64,000 bases of DNA from positions 21,993 to 85,992 of the forward strand of contig CAYHTZ010000003.1 of assembly GCA_964359735.1 (NCBI GenBank), written 5' to 3'. A program made the translations under genes and the position numbers. The stretch's first letter is position 1. Every line of letters begins with the position of its first letter. Below, piece by piece: positions 18,386 through 27,983 of the stretch. This DNA is from an uncultured Candidatus Saccharibacteria bacterium. GTDB lineage: Bacteria; Patescibacteriota; Andersenbacteria; UBA10190. The notes below the pieces were generated by a model. That model worked only from the letters and a program-made list of their open reading frames with translations. It did not search any database and was not told where the DNA came from.

Positions 18386-19536
18386 TGGGAACGCTTGAAA
18401 AGTAAACTTAAGCTAACCACGGCGGCAACTAACGCCCCAGCTTGGGTGAAGAGGCTGCCAAAGTCAACTTGGGTTAAAAGGTATCCTCCTGCGAGGGCCC
18501 CAAAAGCGGTGCCGAGAGGCGAGAGCATGGTGTCAATGACAGCGGCTGGCTCGCTGGTTTTAGATGAGCGGGATAGGAAAGCGGAGCGGCCGGAATTGGC
18601 GGAGAGCGCTCCCGCACCGCGAAGGGCGGCAAGCGTCAAGATACCCACAAATTCAAGGCGATGAGAGAGAATCCCAAATACAAAGGACCCCGCGGCGTAC
18701 AGAAGGCTGCCGCCATACACGTTGCGGGAGCTGCGCTGCTGCAAGGCGTACCGGGCGACCACCCAGGAAATGGGCACAAACAGAGCGGAGAAGACAGCGC
18801 CATAGAGAAGAATCATGTTCTGGCTCCAGCCGAGGTGTTCGAGAAAGAGTACAAAAAAAGGCTGGTAGATACCTCCGACTACCAGCACTACGAACGAAGG
18901 CAGGAGTAACGGCCAGGCGTGACCCAAGACTTTTTTCCCGAACTCGCGGTACGCTTCGCGCGAGGGTAAGGGTGGGGCCGCCTGGCGGACAATCTGAACT
19001 ACCCTTCGCTGAAGTGTGACATACAAAATGTTGGCGAGGTGGACAGCCAAGCTCACCAAAAATACCCCGGGAAATCCGAAGAAGAAAATAACCGCCGCCC
19101 CGACCGCCGGAGCGAGAACTTCAGCAGCATTCGGGGCAGCGTAAAAGTACCCAAAGGTACGATCCAGGTGGGGAAGCTCGGCGCGAGCCAAGAGAGATCG
19201 AACAGAAACAAAGAAGCAGGCCGCAGAGAGCCCTAACACTACTTGCATCACGTAAAAGACGGCCGGGGGGTGCGCGGCCATCATCACCAAAGAATACGCG
19301 GCATAACCAGCAATCCCTAGTAGCATGAAGTGTATGGGGCGAGTTTTGCTGTTTAAGGCACCGACAACGGGGGCGAAAAGGGCGATCGGCAGGTAAATCA
19401 GGAGATACGTGTAACCTACGGCGGGGAGAGATAACCCAAGCTTCACCAGGTAGAGAGGAAAGAAGAAAGAAAAGAGCTTGTAACCAAACATTAAAAGGAA
19501 ATGCGATACGAATGCGACGCGGGAAACCGTCTCCAT
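18382..19536 (-). CDS. MFS-type transporter (about 12 TM helices)
   Basis: 384 aa, uniformly hydrophobic with periodic TM segments. 4-nt overlap with the downstream gene. Confidence 0.6.
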   Translation of the reverse strand: METVSRVAFVSHFLLMFGYKLFSFFFPLYLVKLGLSLPAVGYTYLLIYLPIALFAPVVGALNSKTRPIHFMLLGIAGYAAYSLVMMAAHPPAVFYVMQVVLGLSAACFFVSVRSLLARAELPHLDRTFGYFYAAPNAAEVLAPAVGAAVIFFFGFPGVFLVSLAVHLANILYVTLQRRVVQIVRQAAPPLPSREAYREFGKKVLGHAWPLLLPSFVVLVVGGIYQPFFVLFLEHLGWSQNMILLYGAVFSALFVPISWVVARYALQQRSSRNVYGGSLLYAAGSFVFGILSHRLEFVGILTLAALRGAGALSANSGRSAFLSRSSKTSEPAAVIDTMLSPLGTAFGALAGGYLLTQVDFGSLFTQAGALVAAVVSLSLLFKRSQ

Positions 19537-19610
19537 ACCGCAGATGGTAGCACAAACTTTTTGGAATATTTTTCTTGATTTGACAAGCTCTCGGAGGTAT
19601 GATGAGGTTC

Positions 19611-20870
19611 ATGTCGAAATTTGTGATTCAGGGTGGCAAGCCGCTTGCCGGAGAGGTAGAAGTGTATGGGTCAAAGAATGCCGTCCTGCCACTGATTGCA
19701 GCGAGCCTTCTGACCACGGAGCCCTTCACTATTTCTAATGTGCCGGATATTTCCGATGTCAGCACAATGCTCGCCATACTTTCTGGCTGGGGCGCCAAGG
19801 TGAAAAGAGAAGATGGCCAGAGGGGAACGCTGGTAATTGAAACTCAATCTGTTAAAACTGACGGCGCCCAGGACGAGGCGGTCGGGAAGCTTAGGGGTTC
19901 GATCCTTTTCTTAGGGGCCCTCTTGGGAAGAGAGCGTAACGTCAGCCTGCCGCGGCCAGGAGGAGATGTGATAGGCGCCCGGCCGATTGATGTGCATTTG
20001 GATGGCTTCCGGCAGCTGGGTGCTGAAATCAACGAGGAAGGGGATCAGGTGCTAATTTCCGGCCAGGCAATGCAGGCGGGAGAGGTGACGCTCTCAGAAT
20101 TTTCGGTGACGGCCACCGAGAATATGTTGCTGGTCGCCGCGACCCTGCCGGGGAAAACTACCATATACACTGCCGCGGCTGAGCCGCACGTAGTGGCACT
20201 GGCCGGGGCCCTCACCCGCATGGGAGCGAGTATCACGGGGGCAGGTACGCATACTCTGGTGGTAGAAGGCAGTACCAAGCTGGCCGGGGCTACGGTTGAA
20301 AATATTTCGGATATGCTTGAGGCCGGATTTTTTATTCTACTCGCGGCGGCAACAAAATCAGATATGAATATCCGCCAGGTGCCTACGCAGGATTTGCGCC
20401 TCTTTTTTAAGAAGCTCACTCAGATCGGGGTCGCGTACTCAGTTGACCACGACACAGTTACCGTCCGCCCAGCTCCGCTACGCGCTTTTCGCTTGCAAGT
20501 CCTGCCGCACCCTGGCATCGCCACCGACTTGCAGGCGCCGTTTGCTGTGCTGGCTACTCAGACGCAGGGAAGTTCATTGATTCATGACCCGCTCTACGAA
20601 AGCCGTTTCAAGCACATAGATGAGCTCGCAAAAATGGGAGCAGACGCGGTGGTTTGCGATCCTCATCGCGTGATCATTAATGGCCCCACACCTCTCGCGG
20701 GCCGCGAGATCCCGAGCCTCGACATACGCAGTGGGGCTACTCTCGTTATGGCTGGGCTTACCGCCCGCGGGCAAACTACGATTCGGGAAGCAGAAATAGT
20801 GGACCGGGGATATGCACGGCTGACAGAGCGGCTCCAGGCTCTGGGGGCTGATATTCAACGAATCGAATGA
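19611..20870 (+). CDS. murA: UDP-N-acetylglucosamine 1-carboxyvinyltransferase MurA
   Basis: 'MSKFVIQGGKPLAGEVEVYGSKNAVLPLIAASLL' is the MurA N-terminus. ATG 19611 preferred (GGAGG 13 nt upstream) over the ORF-track ATG 19599. Confidence 0.9.
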   Translation: MSKFVIQGGKPLAGEVEVYGSKNAVLPLIAASLLTTEPFTISNVPDISDVSTMLAILSGWGAKVKREDGQRGTLVIETQSVKTDGAQDEAVGKLRGSILFLGALLGRERNVSLPRPGGDVIGARPIDVHLDGFRQLGAEINEEGDQVLISGQAMQAGEVTLSEFSVTATENMLLVAATLPGKTTIYTAAAEPHVVALAGALTRMGASITGAGTHTLVVEGSTKLAGATVENISDMLEAGFFILLAAATKSDMNIRQVPTQDLRLFFKKLTQIGVAYSVDHDTVTVRPAPLRAFRLQVLPHPGIATDLQAPFAVLATQTQGSSLIHDPLYESRFKHIDELAKMGADAVVCDPHRVIINGPTPLAGREIPSLDIRSGATLVMAGLTARGQTTIREAEIVDRGYARLTERLQALGADIQRIE

Positions 20871-21877
20871 ATATTACCCGCCAAATTGCCATCGATCTCG
20901 GGACTACCAGTACGTTGATGTACGTGCCTAAGAAGGGAATTGTGCTCAATGAGCCATCGGTGGTGGCGGTATCGCTGGATGAGAATGCGGTACTGGCCAT
21001 CGGCAATGACGCGAAAGAAATGATTGGCCGCACTCCCGAAACAATTGTGGCCCATCGGCCGCTGAAAGACGGGGTGATTGCGGACTACCGCGTCACGGAA
21101 GCAATGCTCCGCTACCTACTGCAAAAGGCAGGCGCATCCACGCGGTTCCTGCGTCCCGAGGTTCTCGTGAGCGTACCGGCCGGGATCACCAGCACCGAAC
21201 GCCGAGCGGTGGTAGATGCGGCGCTCTCCGCGGGAGCCCGCGCTGCCTTCCTGATAAAAGAACCGGTAGCCGCCGCGATTGGGGCAGGCATTCCGATCGG
21301 GGAAAGCTCTGGGCATATGATCGTAGATATTGGGGGAGGAACTACTGAAGCCGCTGTCATTTCCCTCGGAGGTATTGTGGTAGCCCATTCAGCCCGGGTA
21401 GCTGGCAATCGCTTTGACGAGGCGATTGCCGACCACGTGCGTAAGCGCTATGGCGTTGTGATCGGAGAACAAACGGCTGAGGTGATTAAAAAAACGATTG
21501 GATCAGCCGTCATTGAAGAGACGCCGCGCGAGATGGCGATCCGCGGGCGCGACCTGGCTTCGGGGCTGCCTCGCGAGACCACAATTTCTTCCCACGAAAT
21601 CGCCGAGGCACTGCGCCATCCCTTGGAAGAGGTGTTGCAAGCCATTAAATATGTTTTGCAAGATACGCCACCAGAGCTCGCAGCCGACGTTATCGATAAA
21701 GGCATTGTGCTTTCCGGCGGCGGAGCGTTACTCAAAAATATTGACCAACTTATCTCCCGTACGATTACGGTGCCGGTGTACGTGGCAGACGACCCACTCG
21801 TGTGTGTGGTAAAAGGGGCGGGAGCAGCGCTCGAGAACATCAACGCCTACAAGCGCAGTGTCTTGCTGACGAGGTAA
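20867..21877 (+). CDS. mreB: Rod-shape-determining actin homologue MreB (paralogue 1)
   Basis: 'IAIDLGTTSTLMYVPKKGIVLNEPSVVAV', 'DIGGGTTEAAVISLGGIV'. ATGA overlap with murA. Confidence 0.9.
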   Translation: MNITRQIAIDLGTTSTLMYVPKKGIVLNEPSVVAVSLDENAVLAIGNDAKEMIGRTPETIVAHRPLKDGVIADYRVTEAMLRYLLQKAGASTRFLRPEVLVSVPAGITSTERRAVVDAALSAGARAAFLIKEPVAAAIGAGIPIGESSGHMIVDIGGGTTEAAVISLGGIVVAHSARVAGNRFDEAIADHVRKRYGVVIGEQTAEVIKKTIGSAVIEETPREMAIRGRDLASGLPRETTISSHEIAEALRHPLEEVLQAIKYVLQDTPPELAADVIDKGIVLSGGGALLKNIDQLISRTITVPVYVADDPLVCVVKGAGAALENINAYKRSVLLTR

Positions 21878-21878
21878 T

Positions 21879-23297
21879 GTGAGCGAAGATTGGGTAAAAG
21901 TCGTGGAAAGGCGTGGTCAAAGTGTCCTTATAAGTTCCTATTTCTATAATGGCGTTCGAACTAAGTACTTTCGTAAAACACTGGGAGTTGAGCACGGAAT
22001 TGATCACTACTTGATTGTAGATTTTTTTAACTATTACCTGGAATCTGAAGTGCTCAGATTCCAGGAGGCGATCAAGAGCGAAATTGAAAGCAACGACGCC
22101 AAATTCATTTCTCAGGCTCTTGAACAGCTCACGCGCAAGGGAGAGGAGTTAACTCATCTCGCCACAACTATTTCCAGAACAAAGAATCTGACTGCGCATC
22201 CAGCTTCGTTACTTCAAGAGTTTTCGGAGTTGTGTCTTGAATTTGGCCCTGCTATGTATTTCCCCATTCTCATCGAGCCGATAGTAGAGGCAAGGGCTCT
22301 AAACATTATTCAGCGGAGAATCCCCAAAGAAACCGAAAAATACTTTGCTCTCCTGACTGCTTCTCATCAGCCCACTGATGGAACAAAGGAACTGGTAAGC
22401 TTCTACAGACTTGCCGAGATGTATCACAAGAATCATCGGAAAATCACACTTCCAATTAAGCAAGCAGTTGATAAACACTTGCGGCAATTTGGTTGGCTAG
22501 CATTTACCAAATTCGTTGGCCGCCCATGGACTCAGCGAAGCATCATGGCACGCCTTGAGAAAATACCCAATCCCGGGGAAAGGTTACGTGAGCTCGAGAG
22601 ACAATACAAGCAAGAAAAAATTCAGGTTGAGAAGATCTTTAAGGAATATCAATTTACTAAAGCTGAGCGCGAATTTCTTCGGGAAGTCCAGCATCTGGCT
22701 TACTTTCGAACCTATCGGGTTGATGTGTACTCGAAAGCTGGTTATTTAATTAAGGATTTGCTCAGAATCATTTCCCGCAGACTCGATTTAACGGTTGCGG
22801 AGACAGTCTGGCTCACGTATGAAGAGATTCTTTCTCACCTTAGACGAGGGAAAAAATTCCCTAGGAAGATTGCCCGAAAACGTCAATACGGGACTTGGCA
22901 GCTGCTTTTTGAAAAAGGAAAAATGACGTTTCAGTACGAACCGCCATTCTTGGTGAAGGAACAAAAGCTCGATATTAACATTGTCAAAGGAACTCCCGCC
23001 TGTAGTGGGAAAGCCGAAGGACCCGTTGCGATAATCCGCGGAGTCAAGGAATTCGATAAAATGACTGATAAGGCCATTCTTGTCACCTCTATGACCACAC
23101 CAGACTTTGTGCCCCTAATGCAGCAAGCCGCTGCCATTATAACTGACGAGGGCGGCATAACGTGTCACGCAGCTATCGTTTCGCGAGAGCTCGGCGTGCC
23201 ATGTGTCATTGGCACTAAAATTGCGACCAAGGCTCTCAAAGACGGCGATGTCGTAGAAGTGGACGCAGATAAGGGACTAGTGCGAAAGCTGGCCTAG
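21879..23297 (+). CDS. PEP-utilising enzyme mobile (His-swivel) domain protein, long paralogue of 3780-4835
   Basis: C-terminus '[51 protein letters not shown]' nearly identical to the 3780 gene. The upstream 370 aa align with the 3780 protein over its length plus an extra N-terminal region. Confidence 0.7.
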   Translation: MSEDWVKVVERRGQSVLISSYFYNGVRTKYFRKTLGVEHGIDHYLIVDFFNYYLESEVLRFQEAIKSEIESNDAKFISQALEQLTRKGEELTHLATTISRTKNLTAHPASLLQEFSELCLEFGPAMYFPILIEPIVEARALNIIQRRIPKETEKYFALLTASHQPTDGTKELVSFYRLAEMYHKNHRKITLPIKQAVDKHLRQFGWLAFTKFVGRPWTQRSIMARLEKIPNPGERLRELERQYKQEKIQVEKIFKEYQFTKAEREFLREVQHLAYFRTYRVDVYSKAGYLIKDLLRIISRRLDLTVAETVWLTYEEILSHLRRGKKFPRKIARKRQYGTWQLLFEKGKMTFQYEPPFLVKEQKLDINIVKGTPACSGKAEGPVAIIRGVKEFDKMTDKAILVTSMTTPDFVPLMQQAAAIITDEGGITCHAAIVSRELGVPCVIGTKIATKALKDGDVVEVDADKGLVRKLA

Positions 23298-23527
23298 GAA
23301 ACCTTAGCGGAGTCCAACTTTCCAGTATCCCGGCGCATGCGATCGCGTTTTTCGAGCATACGAACTTCATATTCGAGTCGCGCAACTGCTTGGGGTATCC
23401 AAGCCATTTTCTCTACGTGTCTTTTGATGCGCTCGAGATACATGATCAGCACTTGACCAAGCTCTTCTGCCGTGCGCTCAGGCGCGTTTATCCACTCCTC
23501 GCCGTATTTCTTAGGACGGCACGACAT
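23294..23527 (-). CDS. Hypothetical small protein (77 aa)
   Basis: Charged, helical-looking minus-strand ORF directly downstream of the 23534-23806 ORF. The competing + strand ORF 23390-23773 is F/L-rich low-complexity. Confidence 0.35.
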   Translation of the reverse strand: MSCRPKKYGEEWINAPERTAEELGQVLIMYLERIKRHVEKMAWIPQAVARLEYEVRMLEKRDRMRRDTGKLDSAKVS

Positions 23528-23533
23528 GCGCGA

Positions 23534-23806
23534 TTAGAAAAAGCCGAGATGGCGCTGAATGGCCCGAATTTTATCTTTGATCCAAGAAATTTCGTCCTTG
23601 TTGGCCGAGGATACATCCTTGTGAATATTTTCAGTGATAGCTTTGAACTCATAAAGAATTTTCTCAGTTTGTTCCTCCATTTTCGACGAAAGGCGTGTTT
23701 CCAACTGATTCAAGTCAAGGTGAATATCTTCCTGCAACTCAGCGAGATGGTCCAACGCTGCAGGTTCTTTTGACTTAATCCAGGCCTTCCGGACTTTCAT
23801 GATCAT
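23534..23806 (-). CDS. Hypothetical small coiled-coil protein (90 aa)
   Basis: K/E-rich heptad-like sequence 'LAELQEDIHLDLNQLETRLSSKMEEQTEKILYEFKAITENIHK'. ATG at 23806 lies in the palindromic ATGATCAT. Confidence 0.4.
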   Translation of the reverse strand: MIMKVRKAWIKSKEPAALDHLAELQEDIHLDLNQLETRLSSKMEEQTEKILYEFKAITENIHKDVSSANKDEISWIKDKIRAIQRHLGFF

Positions 23807-23863
23807 TAGTGTATCAGATGGTTGCCCTTCGACAAGCTCAGGGTAAAACAGTAAACTGTTTTG

Positions 23864-25006
23864 ATGTCTAAGGGGGATTTTAGAATTGCTTTAGTGCATG
23901 ACGAACTGATACGCCGGGGCGGGGCGGAGGTAGTATTTGAGGAATTGGTGCGGATTTTCCCACACGCAGATATTTACACTCTATACGCCGGAGAGCCATG
24001 GTTGAACCTGGGAGAAATTCAAAAACCTATCGCGACCTCGTTTTTGCAACGTTTCCCCACATGGTTCCGGCGCCACCCGGGCAGGGTTTTACCATTCCTG
24101 CTTCCGGCCGCGGAGCAATTCGACTTCTCTGCCTACGACATCGTGCTCTCGAGTGCCAGTGCTTTTGCCAAAGCTATTATCACCCGCTCGGGCGTGCCTC
24201 ACGTGTGTTACTGCCACACGCCTACACGATACCTTTGGGAGCCCACTCAGCTTGCGCTTCGCGGGCCAAAGTTGCTAGCCATGCCGTTGCTTCATTACTT
24301 ACGTATGGCCGATTACGCTGGTGCTCAGCGCGTTGATTATTACCTGGCAAATTCAAAATACACGCAGCAACGGATTAAAAAGTATTACGGTAGAGAAAGC
24401 GAGGTGGTGTATCCACCAATACGAACAGAGTTCTACACTCCCAAAAGTTCAGGCTCAGCTTTCGCTGAGGCTTCCGCCGGCAGGCAGCGACCCTTTCTAG
24501 TCGTAGGGAGACTCACGCCAACGAAACATTTTGAACAGGCGATTGCGGTCTGTGAGAAGTTGCAGTTGCCAATCCTGGTGGTAGGCGGCGGCCAGGCCGG
24601 AGCGGAACTCACGCGACGGGCGGGCAAATACACTACTTTTACGGGGACGGTTTCTGACGAAGAGCTGCGCACGTACCTGCGCCGCGCACGGGCAGTCCTC
24701 ATCCCAGGCGTGGAAGATTTTGGCATGGTTGCGGCGGAGGCTCTCGCGTGCGGAACACCAGTAGTGGCTCAAGCGCGCGGCGGTGTCAAAGAAATTATGA
24801 CAGATGGGCGCCATGGTATTTTATACGACGGGCAAGGAGTAGAAGCCCTGGCTGAGGGGCTCCGGCGCTTCTCGGCAGCCGAGGCGAGGTTTCAGCCGGA
24901 GGCGCTCCAGCAGCAGGCCATGCAATTTTCGTCAGGAATTTTCCACAATTCGATTACAAAATACATTGCGAAAATTCTGGAACGCCGCCACAGTACATAT
25001 GGATGA
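23864..25006 (+). CDS. Glycosyltransferase family 4 (GT-B, group 1)
   Basis: 'RIALVHDELIRRGGAEVVFEEL' N-terminal GT4 domain. C-terminal 'VVGGG...E.FGMVAAEALACGTPVVA' E-x7-E region. Confidence 0.8.
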   Translation: MSKGDFRIALVHDELIRRGGAEVVFEELVRIFPHADIYTLYAGEPWLNLGEIQKPIATSFLQRFPTWFRRHPGRVLPFLLPAAEQFDFSAYDIVLSSASAFAKAIITRSGVPHVCYCHTPTRYLWEPTQLALRGPKLLAMPLLHYLRMADYAGAQRVDYYLANSKYTQQRIKKYYGRESEVVYPPIRTEFYTPKSSGSAFAEASAGRQRPFLVVGRLTPTKHFEQAIAVCEKLQLPILVVGGGQAGAELTRRAGKYTTFTGTVSDEELRTYLRRARAVLIPGVEDFGMVAAEALACGTPVVAQARGGVKEIMTDGRHGILYDGQGVEALAEGLRRFSAAEARFQPEALQQQAMQFSSGIFHNSITKYIAKILERRHSTYG

Positions 25007-25290
25007 GATATACCCTTTCCACGCATGGCGTCGTGTTATCAGCCTTCAACCGCCGTCAGATAGAGGAGAAGGCAGCGCGCCTCTCGAAGTACTTACAGCA
25101 TCCCCTGCCAATTGAAATTACGCTGAGACGAGAAGGGAAAGGCCTGATTACATGTGGAGTCACATACGGAGAGGGGAAACGCGTACTGCATGCGGAACGC
25201 AGCCACCAATCCCTGGAAGCGGGGCTTGATGAGGCGCTCGAGGCTTTGAAAAAAGAAATTATACGCACTCGCGAACGAAGCCGCGCCTAG
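25003..25290 (+). CDS. hpf: Ribosome hibernation promoting factor / RaiA (short HPF)
   Basis: 95 aa 'MRYTLSTHGVVLSAFNRRQIEEKAARLSKYL...ITLRREGKG...HAERSHQSLEAGLDEALEALKKEIIRTRE' fits the HPF/YfiA fold pattern. Immediately upstream of secA, the hpf-secA arrangement common in Gram-positive-type genomes. Confidence 0.75.
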   Translation: MRYTLSTHGVVLSAFNRRQIEEKAARLSKYLQHPLPIEITLRREGKGLITCGVTYGEGKRVLHAERSHQSLEAGLDEALEALKKEIIRTRERSRA

Positions 25291-25346
25291 GAACTTTCGG
25301 GCTTGCACAGTAGCCTAAAGCGATTATACTGGCTATTCTTTTACGT

Positions 25347-27983
25347 ATGGCACTTTTTGGGCTTTTCAAAACTACTTCTCGTCATGAGAAGGCCGCTACC
25401 ACCTATACCGGAACGGTAGAGGCTATCAATAAACTCGCGCCTGAAATGAAAGCGCTTTCTGATGAGGCGTTGGCCGCACGCGTTACCCAGCATAAGGGAA
25501 AAAGCTGGGAAGACCTGCAAACACATGTGGCTGAAATTTTTGCGGCGGTGAGAGAAGCATCCGACCGGACCTTAAAGCTGCGGCACTTTGACGTGCAGCT
25601 CACCGGGGGGCTGGCGCTGCTGGAGGGAAGGATCGCGGAAATGAAAACTGGAGAGGGTAAAACTCTGGTGGCAACGCTGCCTCTCACCTTCGCGGCGCTC
25701 GCAGGCCGCGGGGCTCACTTGGTGACAGTCAATGACTACCTCGCTCGCCGAGACGCCGAATGGATGGCGCCTATTTACCGTTTCTTTGGTCTGTCGGTGG
25801 GGATAGTGGTGCCGGGGCAATCCAGCGAAGAGAAACGTGCGGCGTATGCGGCTGACGTCACCTACGGCACAAATAATGAATATGGCTTTGATTACTTGCG
25901 CGACAATATGGCGCAGCGGCGAGAAGACTTGACCCAGCGGGAGCTTACCTATGCGATTGTGGATGAGGTCGACAGCATCTTAATTGATGAGGCGAGAACA
26001 CCTCTCATTATCTCGGCGCCGGATGCCGAATCCACGCAGCTTTATGTGCAATTCGCGAGGCTGGTGCCACAGCTCAAAGAGAACGTTCACTATAACTTGG
26101 ACGAAAAGCGCAAGGCGGCGACATTGACAGACGATGGGGTAAATGAAGTGGAACGAATTTTAGGTATGAGCAATATCTATGAGGAAAAGGGCGTCCGGTT
26201 TGTGCACCATTTAGAACAGGCACTCCGGGCTCATTCGCTCTATCATCGCGATAAAGATTACGTGGTACAAGACGGACAAGTAAAAATAGTCGACGAGTTT
26301 ACCGGACGTATTCTCGAGGGCAGGCGGTATTCTGAGGGCCTCCACCAAGCGCTGGAAGCTAAGGAAGGAGTAGCAGTACAGCAAGAAAGCCGGACACTCG
26401 CTACAATCACTTTCCAGAATTACTTCCGTTTGTACCAACGGCTCGCCGGCATGACCGGCACCGCCGTCACCAGCGCCGAAGAGTTTGAGCGCGTATACAA
26501 CTTAGAAGTGGTAGTCGTTCCCACCGACAAGGCCATGGTTCGAAACGATAGAACCGACCGCGTGTTCGTGAATGAAAATGCAAAGTTCCAGGCCGTGGTG
26601 AAAGAGATTAGGGAACGCCACGCTAAAGGGCAGCCGGTGCTGGTGGGCACCATTGCGATCGAAAAATCGGAGCGCTTATCGGCCTATTTGCAACGGGAAG
26701 GAGTCCCGCATGAGGTGCTGAATGCTAAACACCACGCGCGCGAGGCGGAAATTGTGGCCAAGGCGGGGCAGAAGGGAACAGTCACTATTTCAACTAACAT
26801 GGCCGGCCGCGGTACTGACATTAAGCTGGGTCAAGGAGTGGTGGATCTCGGCGGGTTATTCATTCTGGGCACTGAGCGGCATGAAGCCCGGCGCATCGAC
26901 AACCAGTTGCGGGGAAGATCTGGCCGCCAAGGAGACCCAGGAGAAACACAGTTCTTTGTCTCACTGGACGATGATGTCATGCGCATCTTCGGAGGAGATC
27001 GGATTAAGAACCTCATGCAACGCCTCAAGTTGCCGGAAGACGAGCCCATCGAAAACCGAATGGTCAGCCGCGCTATTGAAAGCGCGCAGGAGCGGGTAGA
27101 GGGCTACTACTTCGACATGCGCAAACATGTCCTCTCCTACGACGACGTGTTGAATCGCCAGCGCAATGCAATTTATACCTTGCGTAAGAGTGTCTTGCTC
27201 GACGGCAAGTGGAAAGATTTTGGCAAGGAATCGCGGGAATTACCCGCCGCCATTCAAGATGTCATCCGCGACCAAGCCGGGGAGTTTGTACGAGCGCACA
27301 CCGGTGAGGGCAGACCGGAAGATTGGGATTTGGAGGAGTTGCGCGAGATTGTATTCACGCTGACGGGCAAGCGGGAGACATTTTCGGTGGATGATTCTGA
27401 CGGCATAGAATCCGCTCGAGAGAAATTGACTGAAGACGTAGCCAAGGCGCTCCTGGGACGGTTAGCAGAACGTGAAAAACAATTTGGCAGCGATGTTATG
27501 CGCGCGCTCGAGCGTGCCGCTACACTGCGGGCAATTGACACGTACTGGATGGAGCACCTAGATACCATGGATTACCTGCGGACGGGGATTGGGCTGCGCG
27601 GCTACGGCCAGAAAGACCCGTTGGTTGAATACCAGCGAGAGGGGCACCAGCTCTTCCAGCGCCTCCTAGCTACCATCAAAGGCACGATCGTGGAAATTGT
27701 GTTCAAGGCTGAGCCCACTATGGCTGAGCGGGCGTCGGCAGAGGAGCAGCCCAAAGGGGTTACCGCCCAACACCAAGAAGTCTCCTTGCACCAAACGGCG
27801 ACCGGGGCCGCCTCCGCTCCGGCCGGAGCTTCGGCGAGCCAAGGCAGCCAGCGCGTACAAACGTCAGTCGAGCCACTCAAAAACCCTTACAAAAATGTCG
27901 GCCGCAACGACCCATGCCCGTGCGGCAGTGGCCTAAAGTACAAGAAGTGCGGCCTGATTAATGCCCCTCAACACCGTGGATAA
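25347..27983 (+). CDS. secA: Preprotein translocase ATPase SecA
   Basis: 'MKTGEGKTLVATLP' Walker A, DEAD-like 'VDEVDSILIDEARTPLIIS', C-terminal zinc-binding 'CPCGSGLKYKKCG'. 878 aa. Confidence 0.95.
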   Translation: MALFGLFKTTSRHEKAATTYTGTVEAINKLAPEMKALSDEALAARVTQHKGKSWEDLQTHVAEIFAAVREASDRTLKLRHFDVQLTGGLALLEGRIAEMKTGEGKTLVATLPLTFAALAGRGAHLVTVNDYLARRDAEWMAPIYRFFGLSVGIVVPGQSSEEKRAAYAADVTYGTNNEYGFDYLRDNMAQRREDLTQRELTYAIVDEVDSILIDEARTPLIISAPDAESTQLYVQFARLVPQLKENVHYNLDEKRKAATLTDDGVNEVERILGMSNIYEEKGVRFVHHLEQALRAHSLYHRDKDYVVQDGQVKIVDEFTGRILEGRRYSEGLHQALEAKEGVAVQQESRTLATITFQNYFRLYQRLAGMTGTAVTSAEEFERVYNLEVVVVPTDKAMVRNDRTDRVFVNENAKFQAVVKEIRERHAKGQPVLVGTIAIEKSERLSAYLQREGVPHEVLNAKHHAREAEIVAKAGQKGTVTISTNMAGRGTDIKLGQGVVDLGGLFILGTERHEARRIDNQLRGRSGRQGDPGETQFFVSLDDDVMRIFGGDRIKNLMQRLKLPEDEPIENRMVSRAIESAQERVEGYYFDMRKHVLSYDDVLNRQRNAIYTLRKSVLLDGKWKDFGKESRELPAAIQDVIRDQAGEFVRAHTGEGRPEDWDLEELREIVFTLTGKRETFSVDDSDGIESAREKLTEDVAKALLGRLAEREKQFGSDVMRALERAATLRAIDTYWMEHLDTMDYLRTGIGLRGYGQKDPLVEYQREGHQLFQRLLATIKGTIVEIVFKAEPTMAERASAEEQPKGVTAQHQEVSLHQTATGAASAPAGASASQGSQRVQTSVEPLKNPYKNVGRNDPCPCGSGLKYKKCGLINAPQHRG

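Noticed and set aside
19585-19600. TTGACA ... TATGAT as the murA promoter
   Set aside because: Spacer between the two hexamers is only about 12 nt. The GGAGG here is better explained as the murA Shine-Dalgarno for ATG 19611.
23390-23773. Plus-strand ORF (127 aa) overlapping the two small minus-strand ORFs
   Set aside because: Translation is Phe/Leu-rich low-complexity with no charged-residue periodicity, whereas the minus-strand ORFs have protein-like composition. Considered the shadow frame.
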